Source: Chiloscyllium plagiosum (Eukaryota). Taken from it: a DNA stretch of 64,000 nucleotides. Both the position numbers and the translations under genes were made by a program. The notes under the pieces were generated by a model. The model had not been told where the DNA came from, did not search any database, and saw only the letters and a program-made list of their open reading frames with translations. Shown one piece after another: positions 1 to 13,059 of this stretch (the stretch's first letter is position 1; every line of letters starts with the position of its first letter). The stretch lies in contig NC_057712.1 in assembly GCF_004010195.1 (NCBI RefSeq), positions 98,220,813 to 98,284,812 on the forward strand. Reading direction: 5' to 3'.

Positions 1-410
1 TATGAATACAGATATTTCGGCTATCCTAACAAGGGCTTTTATTTAATTGAGATTACGAACCTGGTTGGTCTGGGGTCCCTTAGGAGAGGAATCCCGCACG
101 AATACGGGTTTTGTTACATTTGATGTTATCACATTCCGAGCATGTATCTCACTACTCAATTTCTATGTTATCCGTTGTTTTTTTTTCTCTCTCTCTCTTA
201 AGAGACTTAAATATACACTCTGGTTAGTTGTAGGTTAGATTAATAGTTAGTTGAGTTTTGTTTTTTTTTCTTTCTCGGTATTTTTTCTTTTGTTAAATTT
301 TGGCTATTGTATATTTAAGATTTAATTGTATATCAATGTTTGTACTTGAGAGTTTTGTTTATTTTTGTAAACTTGTAAAAATGTTAAATTTCTAATAAAT
401 ATCTATAAAT
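1..410 (+). mobile_element. Probable 3' end of a LINE (L1/Tx1-like T-rich 3' UTR)
   Basis: Very T-rich tract ending in AATAAA followed by an A/T-rich end (394-410); family assignment is inference only. Confidence 0.3.
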
Positions 411-1596
411 ATGTACTTCCAAGGCAGCAGTCACACTGACATCATTTTAGGGAAATCTACATTACCTGATGGAGCTACAAGTCTTTAAGGATGGCTAACA
501 TTTGTGAAACTCCCACAGACAATAACACAATGTTGTTAAAATGAAAGGTGTGAAATCTCTGGATCATAAGCACAGTTGAATGTCAAAATAACCTTTTAGT
601 AGTGTTGAAGAGCACACAATTTAAAAAGAGAATGGAACAATTTGTAGGGGGTGCAATTTGCACTGTGGGTATCTCTACTTTTTTGTTATGCTCTTGTATT
701 CATACCATAATCACTGTATTCACACAAGATAAAGGTACATTAAAGTAGTGATTGTTGGATATCATTCTCACATATGCCAAAACTTTGAAATGAAAAGATA
801 AATGACGTCTTCAGCCTTGTAATTACAGCATTCTGGGAAAACACTTCTTAAACACTGCATTATATGCACATACCTACGGAGACTTTGACAGGGTAAAGTA
901 CCTCCCTGGCTTGCCCATGTAGTCAATTTTTATAGATAATTGGCAGTGTCCTAATTGGCCATAGCAGAGAAAAGCAGAATGGTTGTTGTTAAGTTTAATC
1001 CTCCCTCACAAACATAAAAATACAGACCCAATTCTAGATGGGTCAAAAATTGGACTTGAAAGATTAACTGTTTCTCTCTCTCCAGATGCTGCCTGACCTG
1101 CTGAGTTTCTCCAGCACTTTTTTTTTACCTGGGATCTTTGGTGCAATGCTTGTCACAGTTACTCACTGCCATTATCCATTGCCTCTTTCCCTTTAGAATG
1201 AATAGTGATTTGTATGCTTTGTATGTCAATAACTGTCAAAGCTATGCCACATCAATAACAGTTAAAGAAACTGCTTTCAGTTCCAATCCAATTTCTCCCC
1301 TCTCCCTTTTCTCTTGTCTTGTAATTCAAATCTCAAGCTATAAATCTGTATTGTTTCATGCTTTAGAATTTAATGTCTGTTGATTTTTAGAGGAAGTGTG
1401 TATGTTGTGTTACTGTGGAATTGGACTCATCAGTGATGTCTATCTTGATGGAATAAGATGCAGCCAGTTGAGTTCAAAAAACTCAAACTGACACCTGAAT
1501 AATGTGTATTTGGGTAAGACTCAGATAGTGGCCAGAGTTAATGCTTTTAGAAAATGAGGAATAGGAGAAAATTGAAAATTAAAAAAACTTTTATAC

Positions 1597-1691
1597 CCAA
1601 TATAACATTGTTGCTCGCACTTCATCCACAATCTGCTTAATGTCACTCCTAGCCTCTTCCATGTATTTGTCATGAATCTGTGATCCCAGAC
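1597..1691 (-). CDS. Internal coding exon (95 nt, phase 1 to 0) of a C6orf163-like protein: (G)LGSQIHDKYMEEARSDIKQIVDEVRATMLYW
   Basis: Acceptor TTTTATTCTTCTGTTACAG|, donor TGG|GTATAA, open frame joins the 2784-2890 exon; junction peptide HKCILG|LGSQI resembles human C6orf163 HKDILDIGANI (recalled, not searched). Confidence 0.65.
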
Positions 1692-2409
1692 CTGTAACAG
1701 AAGAATAAAAGTACTTTAATGTATGCCTTTTAAAGTACAGTAGATATGAGCACAAAATACATTTATGAAGCAAATGTGGATTTTGTGTCTAATGTTTCTC
1801 TGAAGAATATGTACTCAATTGCTTTTATCAGTGACGACTGAAGAGAATACTGGCTTCACACTGTTTGAACTGGATGAAGTTACAGATCACCTGGCAGTCT
1901 AATAGCAGGGGTGGCATTTGAGATCAAGGCAGAGTGATGGAACAATGGAACTCACTAGCATTAAAGGACATGGGATTGCTAACCATATACTTCAGACCAT
2001 GTTCCCAAGGCCAGGAGGTACTTTAAAGAAAACGCAGTGCAATGGAAATGAGAACAATTTCACATCTTTAATGGCAAGAAAAAAACGCTGTTGAAATTGT
2101 CCTTCAAAATCTGATCAAAATATGTAAATCATTTGAAAAAATGATTAGATGTTTGATTCATCATGTCATTGATAAAAATGATTCTGGACAAGATGCCTAC
2201 TCAAGCATTTGCAAGTGTAATTATTATCAGAGACAACAGACTTTTTCTAATTAATAAAGTGTAACCTTCCATTGTATAATTAGCTTGCATATAAATTATA
2301 TGTTAATTATTTAGTACAAACGTTAAGTGCAGCATTACCTTATCAGTTAGGTATCGCCCTTTGCTTTCCCCTGTGATTATTTGTCTACCATGATAATTTT
2401 AATCAATTT

Positions 2410-2790
2410 TTTTCCCGGTTTGCGAGGAATTGCCAACACGAGGTGAATTATGTGCGAACTGCCCAGTTTTGATTAATCCAAGACTGCTCAAGGAACGTTC
2501 ACCCGCGCTGAGGAAAACCAGGCAAATCCCACCTGGACCTTTGTGATGAGCCTGCTCTGCGGGCATTCGGAAAAGCACATTCTCAAAACCCGCTCCAGCT
2601 CCGGACAGGGTGAAATCCCGGGATCCCACTCAACCGGCAGCAGGGGGGGGCCAGAAAGCTGAGCACCACTTTCTGCAGCTTCACCCACCCCTGCCCCTCT
2701 AGGAGCCGCACTCAGACACACCCAGAGGCATTGCAGCGTCTCCCACCCGCCCCGGTTTGACTGTAACCACTTGCGGTTCTTACCCAGTAT
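2410..2790. promoter_or_regulatory. GC/CpG-rich promoter-like segment
   Basis: Roughly 18 CpGs counted in ~380 bp against a CpG-poor background; GC-box-like CCCACCCGCCCC near 2742-2753; no recognised repeat. Confidence 0.4.
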
Positions 2791-2890
2791 ACACTTGTGG
2801 GCATCCTGTTGAATCAAAGCGTGAGTTGGCTCCTTGTACCAGGTGGGCAGTCCAGGGGTCCCTCCATCTGGTGTAACCAGCAGAGCCTTC
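2784..2890 (-). CDS. Coding exon of the C6orf163-like gene: (R)KALLVTPDGGTPGLPTWYKEPTHALIQQDAHKCIL(G); could instead begin at the in-frame ATG at 2922
   Basis: Strong donor CTGG|GTAAGA, candidate acceptor GATCCAG|, phase-1 end matches the phase-1 start of the 1597-1691 exon with no stop. Confidence 0.6.
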
Positions 2891-3449
2891 CTGGATCCGA
2901 TATTGAAACACCAAGTGTCCATTAGAGATCAGATATAGATATATTTAAAAATAATAATAAAGGAGGGATTAAATAAAGGAGGGGTGATTGAGATTCCTTC
3001 CAATTAACTTGTCCAACCCTACAGATGGGATAGTATCCCCGATGCAAACCAAAAGCTCATCTCGGCTTGATAAGACTTTAATGTTGATGTCTGGGTGCAC
3101 AGCAGACAGACATGTGGCTCACGGTGACCAGGGAAACGGGTCCTGGTTAAAGTCTGGCATTGTCACAATGACGTTGCTCCAGTGAGCTGGACAGGGACAA
3201 ATGAAGACTGAGACACAGAGGCGGATAATGGCAGTGGGGGAGAGTGGATGAGAGACTCACAGAGAGCAGAGAAGGCTGGGGAGGGAAGAAAAGGTAGCAA
3301 GAAGGAAAAAAAGTGATGGATTGAAATTGAGGAGGAGGGGTGGGGAAGGGGAGGTAATAATGATAGAAGCAGAAGAGCAGACAACTTCCTGACAACCTGG
3401 TCCAAGGTTGAATATGGACAGTCCTTGGTTATTGATGGGATGCGAGTTC

Positions 3450-3930
3450 AGTGGCGAAGTCAGCATTTTTTGCCAATGCCCTTGGTGGTGGGCTGCTTTC
3501 TTAACCTTGCAGTCCCTAATGGTGTAGGTTCACTCACAGCAGTGTTAAGGAGGGAGTTCCTGGATTTTGATCCAGCGACTGTGAAGAAATGGTGATGTAG
3601 TTCCAAGTCAGGATGCTATGTGGCTTGGAAAGGAATTTGGAGTTGGTGTGTTCCAGGCATCTGCTGCCCTTGTCGTTCAAGATGGTAATGGTCATGGATT
3701 GGGAAGGTGCTGTCTTAAGGAGCCTTGGTGGTTTGCTGCCTTGTATGTTGTAGATAGTACACACTGCCAAAACTGTGCAATGGTAGTGAAAGGCATGAAA
3801 ATCGAAAATGGTGGATGTGGTACCAAGTGGGCAGCTTTGTCCTGGACGGTGTCAAACCTCTTGAGTATTGTTGAAGCTGCACTCATTCTGGGGACTATTT
3901 CCTCACACTCCTGACTCACGCCACTTAAGA
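3450..3930 (-). mobile_element. 3' fragment of a CR1/L2-group LINE
   Basis: ORF 3692-3952 MSAASTILKRFDTVQDKAAHLV resembles a LINE ORF2 C-terminus; similar LINE remnant at ~18.0-19.2 kb. Confidence 0.6.
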
Positions 3931-4220
3931 TCCATGGAAAGCCCCTGAACACTGTGAATCATTCTCATACCATGGGGGCCTCCTATCAGCAAGGGCAGTC
4001 ATTGATGATAGAACTCCATGTGTCCTCTGGTGGCCCAGTGCAGCCTGTGGCTATCAAAGAAATAGTGTTTCATGACAAAGACCTCAAACACAGCACTATG
4101 TTCATGGTCTACTGGGCCACAGCTCTTCTGTGTATATATAATATATATCAGACACCTCATATCCCTGGAGAAATATCATCTGAGATGCATCTGCAAAACA
4201 CGTGATGGGTAGTCACTGTA

Positions 4221-4523
4221 ATTAGATTAGATTCCCTACAGTGTGGAAACAGGCCTTTCGGCCCAACAAGTCCATACCGGCCCTCCGAAGAGTAACGCAC
4301 CCCCCTCTGACTAATGCACCTAACACTATGGGCAATTTAGCATGGCCAATTCACCTGAACTGCACATCTTTGGCCTGTGGGAAGAAACTGAAGCACCCGG
4401 AGGAAACCCACACAGAGACTGGGAGAATGTGCAAACTCCACACAGTCGCCCGAGGCTGGAATTGAACCTTGGACCCTGGTGCTGTGAGGCAGCAGTGCTA
4501 ACCACTGAGCCACCGTGCCGCCC
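4221..4523 (-). mobile_element. HE1-type tRNA-derived V-SINE
   Basis: Minus strand starts GGGCGGCACGGTGGCTCAGTGGTTAGCACTGCTGCCTCACAGC (tRNA-like A box), B-box-like GGTTCAATTCC, central V-domain and (ATCTA)n tail. Confidence 0.9.
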
Positions 4524-4529
4524 CTTGTC

Positions 4530-5640
4530 AGTGTCTTCTCACAGGCCAACATTCCCAGCTGCTGTGAAAAAGTTTTTGCTCACCTCATATTTGCTTCTTT
4601 TGAAAGTGCTTCTCAATCCATTCACGAGCGGGAAAACGTTCTCTGCACCTACTCTGGCATGAGTCTTGAAAACCATCAAATGACCTCTTAAACTCCTCCA
4701 GTCCAATGTAAATAGTCCCAACGTTTCTGACCTATCCTCAAGTGCCTTATCCTTGTAACCATTCTCATAAAACTCTCTCCACACCATTCACATCCTTCCT
4801 ATAGTGTAATGCCCAGAACTGCAGACAGCTGTTGTCTAACCAGTGTCTTATATAAGTTCATCATATCCTCCCTGCTTTTGTACTCCATGCCCTATTTATG
4901 AATCCCAGAATGCTCTATGTTTTAGTAACAATGTTAGAGACAAAAAAAATCCTGCAGATCCATAGGTTTTAGAAACAGCTCTCTCTACCCTGCCACCTTT
5001 AATGACTTATATTGTACACATGTACACCCAGGTATCTTTGTTTTTGCACACCTTTTAGAATAGTACCCTTTATCTTATACTGTCTCTCTACTCTTTCCTC
5101 CAAAGCATAACACCTCACATTTCTCTGCACTGAACTTCATCTGCCACCTATCCACCCACTCCACCAATGTGTCAATGTCCTTTTGAAGTTAATAAATGTT
5201 TCTCCTCACAGTTTACAATTTTCCCTCGTCTTGTGTCAACCACAAACTTTGGATTTGTCCCTTTCACTTGGATCCTCAAGATCTGGATCATTAATATGAG
5301 GAAAAACAAGAGTTCCAACAGTGATTCAGGAGTTCCATTACAAGCTTTCCCTCAAAAAAACCCATTAACCATTATTCTCTGTTTCTGATTCCCTCAGCCA
5401 ATTTTGGGTCTTATTGGATCCTGTCATTTAATCATTGATACAGATTGTAATTAGCTGGCAGGCCAAGAGTAACAGTCTGCCATCCTGGCCCATTTATTCA
5501 GATTCCCTTTTGTTCTTGTTTGCCAACATCTCAATTCATGCCACAACTGGAGCCCATGAGCAAGTCTTGTGCAATAACTTCGCTTGACGCTTTATCAAAT
5601 GCGTGTAGAAAATCCCAATACAAACCATTCTTATCTACCC
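4530..5640 (-). mobile_element. Decayed CR1 LINE ORF2 3' region
   Basis: ORF 4539-4787 LGLFTLDWRSLRGHL..VFK matches the CR1 motif LGLFSLE.RRLRGDLIEVFK. Confidence 0.75.
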
Positions 5641-6649
5641 TGCTAGACAGCTCCTCAAAAAACTTAATAGATATGTTGAGGAGGATTTTCCTTTCAAAAA
5701 ATTATGGTGAGTCCGTGAGGGAGGAAAGTTAAGAGCAGGAGTGATCACAAACAATGAGTTTTTGAAATTACCCAAATGGACTTATGTCATTGCTGCCAGT
5801 GGGCTATTTTCCATTGAAAACCAATTGTGTTCTTCATAATGAGCAAAAACCATGGAAATATTCAGCAGGTCGGGAAGTGCCGGTGGAGGATTAGAATCCA
5901 TGAAACATTTGCTGCATTTTTCTCTCCCCATGCAAGTTTTCAAAGCTGAGTATCTCAAACCTTTTCTGAATTTTATTTAAGACATCCGACATCTACAGTG
6001 TTTCACAGCTTCCCCATTCCTTTCTGAATACAATTTTTCAAAATAAAGTTAGCACTTTTCCTCCCTCTGGTGGCTATTGTGCGTAGATAGGTTTCACTTT
6101 AAGAAATTCATTAAAGTAAGAATGAGACTGTTAAGAACAGGAGCAGGAATTGGTTATCCTGCCATTCAATGAGATCATGCTAATTGTCTACTTACAGTAC
6201 TACTTTCCTGCATTATCTCCTACGCCTTGATGTTTTAAGTATGTGGAGATCTATCAGCTTCATGCTGACCTATACATTTTATGCAGCTCTGAACACATCG
6301 GTTTTCAGTTCATTGAGTATTATCAAGTTACCTCCTGTTTTAATCACTGGCTAGCATTAAGCTCAGCAAAGATAACAGAAAGAGCAACTGAGAGGTGCAG
6401 TAGACTCATTATTACATTCATGGGCTTTCAATGCATTTCTGTAAAGTTCCAACACTTTTGCTATCAAAGCCACCAAAACCCTCCCGTACCAACCTTTCAT
6501 TTGGAGTCTCCTATTAATAGGGTGGCCAGCGACAATGATACACAGTGCCAGCATCTTAACTCCTGAGCCTCCTTTGCTAGTCAACGAGATCACAGTTGAT
6601 TTGTTTGTGTTTTGAATTCCACATTTGCATGTAGCCCTTGATGACTTTG

Positions 6650-7460
6650 TCTAAAAAAAATTAGCGGTGGTGAATAGCAAGGGAGATAGCCTTAGATTAC
6701 CGAGAATAAAGAGGGGCTAGTCAGATGGGCAGATCAGTGGCAAATGGAATTCAGTCTGACTAAGTCTGAGGTGATGCACTTGGGCAGGACAAGCAATGCC
6801 AGGGAATGCATGATAAATTGGAGGACCCTGGGAAGCACTAAGGGACCTTGGTGTGCATTAAGGTTGCAAGACAGTGAGGTAAAGTGAGAAAGCTTACCAG
6901 CTACTTGCCTTTATTAGCCGAGGCACAGAATTTAAGAACGAGGTGGTTAAGCTGGAACTGTACAAAACGCTGGTTTAGCTACAGCTGGAGTACAGTTCTG
7001 GAATCGACATTACAGGAGGGAAGTGATAGCAGTGGAGAGGGTGCAGAGAAGATTTACCAAGAGTTGTCTGGAGAGTTTTAGAGATGAAGAGAGAGTGGAC
7101 AGACTGGGCTTGTTTTCCGTGTATCAGAGGATACCAAGGGGGAGCTGTGATTGAGATGGATAAAAGTATGAGGCATAGACAAGAAGAAACTCTTCGCCTT
7201 GGTGGAGGAATCAATGACCTGGGGTAAAGGTTGACAGGAAGGGACAGAAGATTTAGACAAGATGGTGGGAATCTGGAACTGACTGCCTGTAAGGGTGGGA
7301 GAGGAGAAACCCTCCATACACTTAAAAATGTTATGTCCACTTGCAATGCCAAAGCATACAAGACTCTGAGCCATTGCAGGAGAATTGGATAAGAACAGGG
7401 GACCAGCATGGACTCGATGGGGCAAAAGGCTTTTACTATTCTGTCGACCTTTATGACATT
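6650..7460 (+). mobile_element. Decayed CR1 LINE 3' fragment
   Basis: Remnants of WADQWQMEF, LELYKTLV..QLEY and ERVQRRFT motifs with stops and frameshifts. Confidence 0.8.
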
Positions 7461-7660
7461 TGTCTGGAAACTGCAACAATTTGGTAGAGTTATTTCTGAA
7501 GACGTTCCTGTCCTGTCAGCCAGATTCTCAAACTTTATATTCACTACACATTCACTTTTTCTCATTGTTAAAAAAACTGCAATTGTTTGTGGGTCAGGTT
7601 CAGTCACAAAGATAAAGTTTCTGAGCTACTTTCAAGAAAAGAATTAACAATTTACATTTA

Positions 7661-9960
7661 GTTAAAAATCACACAACACCAGGGGTTATAGTCCAACAGG
7701 TTTATTTGGAAGCACACTAGCTTTCAGAGCACTGCTCCTTCATCAGGTGATTGTCGAGGATAAGATCATAAAACACAGAATTTATAGCAAAAGCTTACAG
7801 TGTGATGCAACTGAAATGACCTGGATTGTTTGTTAAGTCTCTCATCTTTTAGAATGACCATGTTAGTTTCAGTTCTTTCATATGTAAATCGCAAAACCTT
7901 TTTTAAAGTTACATTCTCAAGTGAACTTTAACAATAGGTGCCAAGTCAGCTCAGATAATGCACTGAAGGTGTGAGGTGTCCTGTGTGAGGCTCTCTGTGC
8001 CCCAATTTCAGACTGGTTCTATTTCTTAAAAAGGGATTTACAGAATCTTACATGGATTAATGTAGTTTTTGAGCAGAATAAAATGTAATTCTGCAAGTAT
8101 AAATTCACCCCACAAACTTATATGCGGATGTGTATGCGTGGGGGGTGAGTGTATGTGTCTGTGAGAAAGTGTGTGTATGTGTGTGAATATAAAGGGGTAT
8201 AAGTCTGTGAGAGGGTGAGTGTAAAGGGTGTGTGTATGTGTGAATGCATGAGAGAGAGCCTGCATATGAGGGTCTATGTGAGTATATGGGTCTGTAGTAG
8301 TCTGTGTGTGTGTGTGTAGTGCAGTGGGATCACCTGGAGTGTGACATGAACCCAAGGTCCCGATTGAGGTCATCCCCATGGGTACCGAACTTAGCTATCA
8401 GCCTCTGTTTGGCCACTTTGCGTTGTTGCCTGTCCTGAAGTCTACCTTTGAGGACGGTCACCCGAAGATCCGAGGCTGAATGTCCCAGACCGCTGAAGTG
8501 TTCTCCGAGTCTGTTGATTTTTGTGCGGTGTCCATCCATCTGTCGCCGTAGCCTTTGCTCGGTCTCACTAAAGTACCATGCGTCAGGGCATCCTTGCCTG
8601 CAGCATATGAGATAGACAATATTGGCCGAGTCACATGAATACCTGCCACATACATGGTGGAAGGTGTCCCCACGCGTAATGGTGGTATCCATGTCCATAC
8701 TCTGACATGTCTTGCAGCATACCATGACAGGGTTGTATGGTGTTGTCCTGAAGGGCAGGCAGTTTGCTATGAAAAATGATCGGTTTGAGACTTGGTGGTT
8801 GTTTAATGGCAAGCAGTGGAGGTGTGGGTTAGGTCTTGGTGAGGTGCTCATCTTCATCGATAATGTGTTGCAGGCTGCGAAGAACATGGCGTGGTTTTCG
8901 GGTCCTGGAAAGTACTGAACAACGAAGGGTACCCTGTCGGTTGCAGCTCGTGTCTGTCTCCTGAGGAGGTCATTACGGTTTCTCGCTATGGCATGTCAGA
9001 ACTGGCGGTCGATTGGTTCAGCATCGTACTCCGTTCATATGAGGACATCCTTGAGTACTTCAAAGTGCTCGTCATGTTCTTCCTCATCTGAACAGATCCT
9101 ATGTACGCGCAGGGCTTGTCCATAGGGGATATGTTTTGGAATAGAAGCTGGAGAAGTGTAGCATCGTGAGGTAATCCTTGGGTTTGAGGTAGAGTGAGAT
9201 GCTGAGATACACATGCTTAATGGAGATGCATATGTCCAAGAATGAGACAGATAGTAGAGAGTAGTCCCTGGTGAGTTTCATGATGGGTTTAAACTCGTTG
9301 ATATCACTGTGTAGTTGTTTCAGCGACTCCTTGCCATGGGTCCAGAGGAAGAAAACGTTGTCAATATACCTGGCGTATAATGTTGGTTGGAGGTCCCACG
9401 TAGAGAAATCTTGTTCGAACCTGTGCATGAAAATGTTGGCATATTGGGGTGCAAATCTGGTCCCTATGACTGTTCCGTGTGTCTGGATGAAGAACTGATT
9501 GTCAAAGGTGAAAATGTTGTGGTTGGGGATAAAGCAGATGAGTTGCAGGATGAAGCTCAGAGATTGGCAGTTGTCGGTGTTGAGTACTGAGGCTGTTGCC
9601 GCGATGCTGTCATTATTGGGGCTGCTGGTGTAGAGTGCTGAAACGTCCATTGTGATGAGAAATGTTCGTAGTTCGATTGGTCCACGGGTGCTGAGTTTCT
9701 GTGAGAAATCCGTGGTGTCGCAACAGAAGCTGGGGGTCCCCTGTACAATGGGTTTCAAGATGCCTTTGACATAGCCAGAGAGGTTCTCACACAGAGTCCC
9801 ATTGCCTGATACAATGGGATGTCCTGGTTTTCTGGCTCTGTGTATCTTCAGAAGGCAGTAGAATCACCTACACGAGAAATATGTGGGATGAAGGTGCGAA
9901 GGGAACTCTGAAGGACTGGATCAAAAGTCTTGATCAATGTTTTTAGTTCACGGGTAGGGT
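7661..9960 (-). mobile_element. 5'-truncated Penelope-like element: RT, GIY-YIG endonuclease, (CA)n 3' UTR and terminal repeat
   Basis: ORF 9099-9758 has PLE RT motifs MDVSALYTS, QTHGTVIGTRFAPQYANIFM and YARYIDN (YIDD degraded); ORF 8330-8887 has GIY-YIG-type NIVYLICC..C..AWYFSET..RLR.QMDGHR. Confidence 0.92.
7715..7749 (-). ncRNA. Minimal type-I hammerhead ribozyme motif in the PLE terminal repeat
   Basis: Minus strand CAC-CUGAUGA-A-GGAGC-AGU-GCUCU-GAAA-GC-UA/GUG; stem I CAC/GUG, palindromic AGCU at stem III. Confidence 0.7.
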
Positions 9961-10269
9961 TACGTAGCCTCTGAACATGCCTTCACCTTTACAACCAATA
10001 AATGCATTTTCTGACTCACAGATACCATTATGTTCAGAAACAGTTATTAACAATTTCGGCAGTGCAGAATCTAACAAACCACAAAATAATAATTAGTTTG
10101 TCATTGATTTGAGTCAGATTAGCCCAGGAGTTGGGAAAACTCCCAAGTGTTCATCTAATAGGGTCACAACCATTTTTAAAAAGGGTTGATGTCTTGTGGA
10201 AACAACACCACTACCAACTGTGTGGCAAATGCTCACTGCAGACCTGCCAGTCAATCGACACGGGCAAAC

Positions 10270-10880
10270 TAAAATCTGACCAATCCCCTGGGCTTGGTGG
10301 CCTACATCCTGGGGTTTTAAAGGAAGTGGCAATAGAGGTTTTGCTTTTCCAGAATTCCTTAGATTTTAGAACACTCCTAAAGGGGGATTGGAAGATCAAA
10401 AGAACAACTCCATTATCCAAGTTAGGAGGAAGAGAGGAAACCAATAACTCTGGCTCAGTTAGTCTGGTGTCAGTGGTAAGGAAAATGGTTCAACCTATTA
10501 TTCACTGAGAAAATCATACTTATTTGGTGGGCTAACACAGATTTATGGAAGGGAAATTTGGTTGACAAATCAACTGAGTTTTTTTTTGAGGATGTAACCA
10601 GTAAGATGAAAAAATAGGAAGCAGTGATTATGATGTTGCTTAGATTTTCATAAAGTATTTGAGAAGCTATGACAACAGGTTATGACACAAAACTTGGACT
10701 CATTAGATAGGGGAATAATATTAGTATGGTTTGAGAATTGATGAATTGTAGAAAACAGAGCAGCAATTCATCAGCTACCTTCAGTATAGCAGAGTGTAAG
10801 GTGCTACAACAGTCACTGGTTGGGTTTAAGCTATTTACATTTTAAACAATGACTTAGAGATGAAGGGTCTGAGTGTAATA
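10270..10880 (+). mobile_element. Decayed CR1 RT fragment
   Basis: KSPGLGGLHPGVLKEVA-like and DWK..TTPL.K.GGRE...SVSLVSVVRK motifs in ORF 10131-10508. Confidence 0.8.
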
Positions 10881-10881
10881 T

Positions 10882-11245
10882 CACAGAATCCTTATAGTGT
10901 GGAAGCAAGCCATTCGGCCTCTTGAGTGCACACCGACCCTCCAAACAGCATTCCACTCAGCCCCTCCCCGCCCACACACACACACACACACTATCCCTGT
11001 AACCCTTCATTTCTCATGGCTAATCCACTTGGCCTGCACATCCCTGGACATTACAGGGCAATTTAGCATGGCCAATCCACTTAACCTGCTCATCTCTGGA
11101 TTTTGGGAGGAAACTGGAACACCCAGAGGAAACCCATGTGGATATGGGGAGAATGTGCAAACTCCACATAGTCACCCAAGGTGGAATCAAACCTGGGTCC
11201 CAAGCACTGTGAGACAGCAGTGCTAATCACTGAACCACTGTGCCA
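10882..11245 (-). mobile_element. HE1-type SINE
   Basis: Same body and tRNA-like head as 4221-4523. Confidence 0.85.
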
Positions 11246-13059
11246 TATATTCAACTTTGCTGACAAAATTAATTCTGAAACTGGATGCCCTCAATGAATA
11301 ATCTATCATTTTACTGTCACCTGTAAGTAATTCTTGCACATTTATTTTATATTTGACTTGATGACCATTGTACTAAAATTCCCACTGGGCAAAGCACAAG
11401 GCTGGAAGTGCAAATTTGTACAAATTACTCATAAAATCAAGCAAATGAAACTACTAATCCTCAAATTTAAGTCCTTCTCCTAGTCCTGTAGATATCCAAA
11501 TGAATCAGTACTGGACATTGTGCTGTTATTTAGTGAATATCCTACTTCATGTCAACTATTTTAAAAAGTACTTTCTAATAGAACAGAAGCATTTCAAGAA
11601 ATCCAGAACATTGAAAAGAAACCTGAGAAATTAAACAAAAAATAATCTTTATTTTATATGATCTTGAATGTAATTATCCCAAAGCAGGTATCTTCAATTG
11701 ATTCAGAACATGGCCAGTTGTAACTAAGGGCATCTAACGGGAGTGTTCAATTTGTTTTCTTCTCTTCAGGTGCTAATGGAATTGTGGTTTATTTTCAAAA
11801 TATTGTGTTTATTAGCAGCAAGTACGCTTGACACAATGAACATGGATTTGAACAGAAAAATCTGGGTGTCAAGAAATTTAGCAGTGAAGATGAAAAGCAA
11901 AGGTCTCCAAAAAAAATTACATGCAAATTGAGAGGCAGCTTAAAAATTTTAGGCTGCAGATAAGGAGAAAGTTTTTTTTAAGAGACCGAGCTTTTCATGG
12001 TGGCAGACTGAAAATAATCTGCTCAATCGGTTTGACCAGAGTGGCACAGACTCTCACAGAGTTATTTTCCCTTTGTCTCTTTCACTCACAGTTCTCCATA
12101 AAATAATGACACTCCTTACTGCTTTGATAACAGAGAGAGGAACTCACACGCTTTAAAATAAGGTACATTAGGTACATGGTATCACATGCAAGAAATTGGA
12201 GGAATTCTTAAATTCAAATGTTATTACTGTACAATGTAATAATTTGAATACAATTCCCAAGAAGGTGCTATAGCTGAAGACTGAATTATACATTTATACA
12301 TTATTTGGGAAAGAAAAGTATATATTTGGGAATCTAAAGTAATCGAAAAATTAACTAAGAAGTTTGCTCAACGTCATTAGGACACTGGAGGCACTGATTT
12401 GTTTCATATATTCTTAGCTGTATGTTGTAACTACATAATACTAATAACATTTATATAGTTTCAGGTTTGTTGGCAGCAATATTGCTTGTCTGTTTTCATC
12501 TGGTATTTCATTCCCACTTTGAAGTCTTTTGTCTCATGTACCTTGTTCCTTCACTGTCAATTGCTTCATATAAATCTGCTTTGTTTTCAGCAGTGGCATT
12601 CAAATAAGCAACGTAACTCACACATAGTGTTATAGTCAGCAGTCCAAAAGCCATCACAGGTTTATTCTGTTGCAGGAACACAGAGAAAGAAATTAAATAT
12701 TACCCAAAACAAATGGAACTTTCTTTGTCACGTGAAAAATATTGCTATTTTGAAAACTTTGACTTATCATACCACTTTAGAGAACAATTTATAAAATGTC
12801 ATGCCTCAGTGTACAATTATTGCCTTTCATAGAAACAATTTCTTTTATACTGACAAATTTTGTACTTTCAAACCAAAGGAAATTAAAGAACTCAGACCAC
12901 CAGGGTTGGATTTTCACATTGGTTTACAGGAGTAGGGACTACTTCTGGCTCCTGAACCTAATTCCACAGAAGGAAACAGTCATTTGTTGGGATTTTCATA
13001 GAGACACCCCCTTAATTGGCATGGAAACCAGTACACTGCCTAAGGACAGATAGCAGGCA

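Noticed and set aside
875-950. Next exon of the C6orf163-like gene
   Set aside because: Has splice-like ends, but the required frame stops after six codons and shows no similarity to the expected helical region
4221-4523. tRNA genes at SINE heads
   Set aside because: A/B-box heads continue into V-SINE bodies; no standalone cloverleaf
6975-7607. 210-aa ORF as a host gene
   Set aside because: Antisense reading of a decayed CR1 3' end
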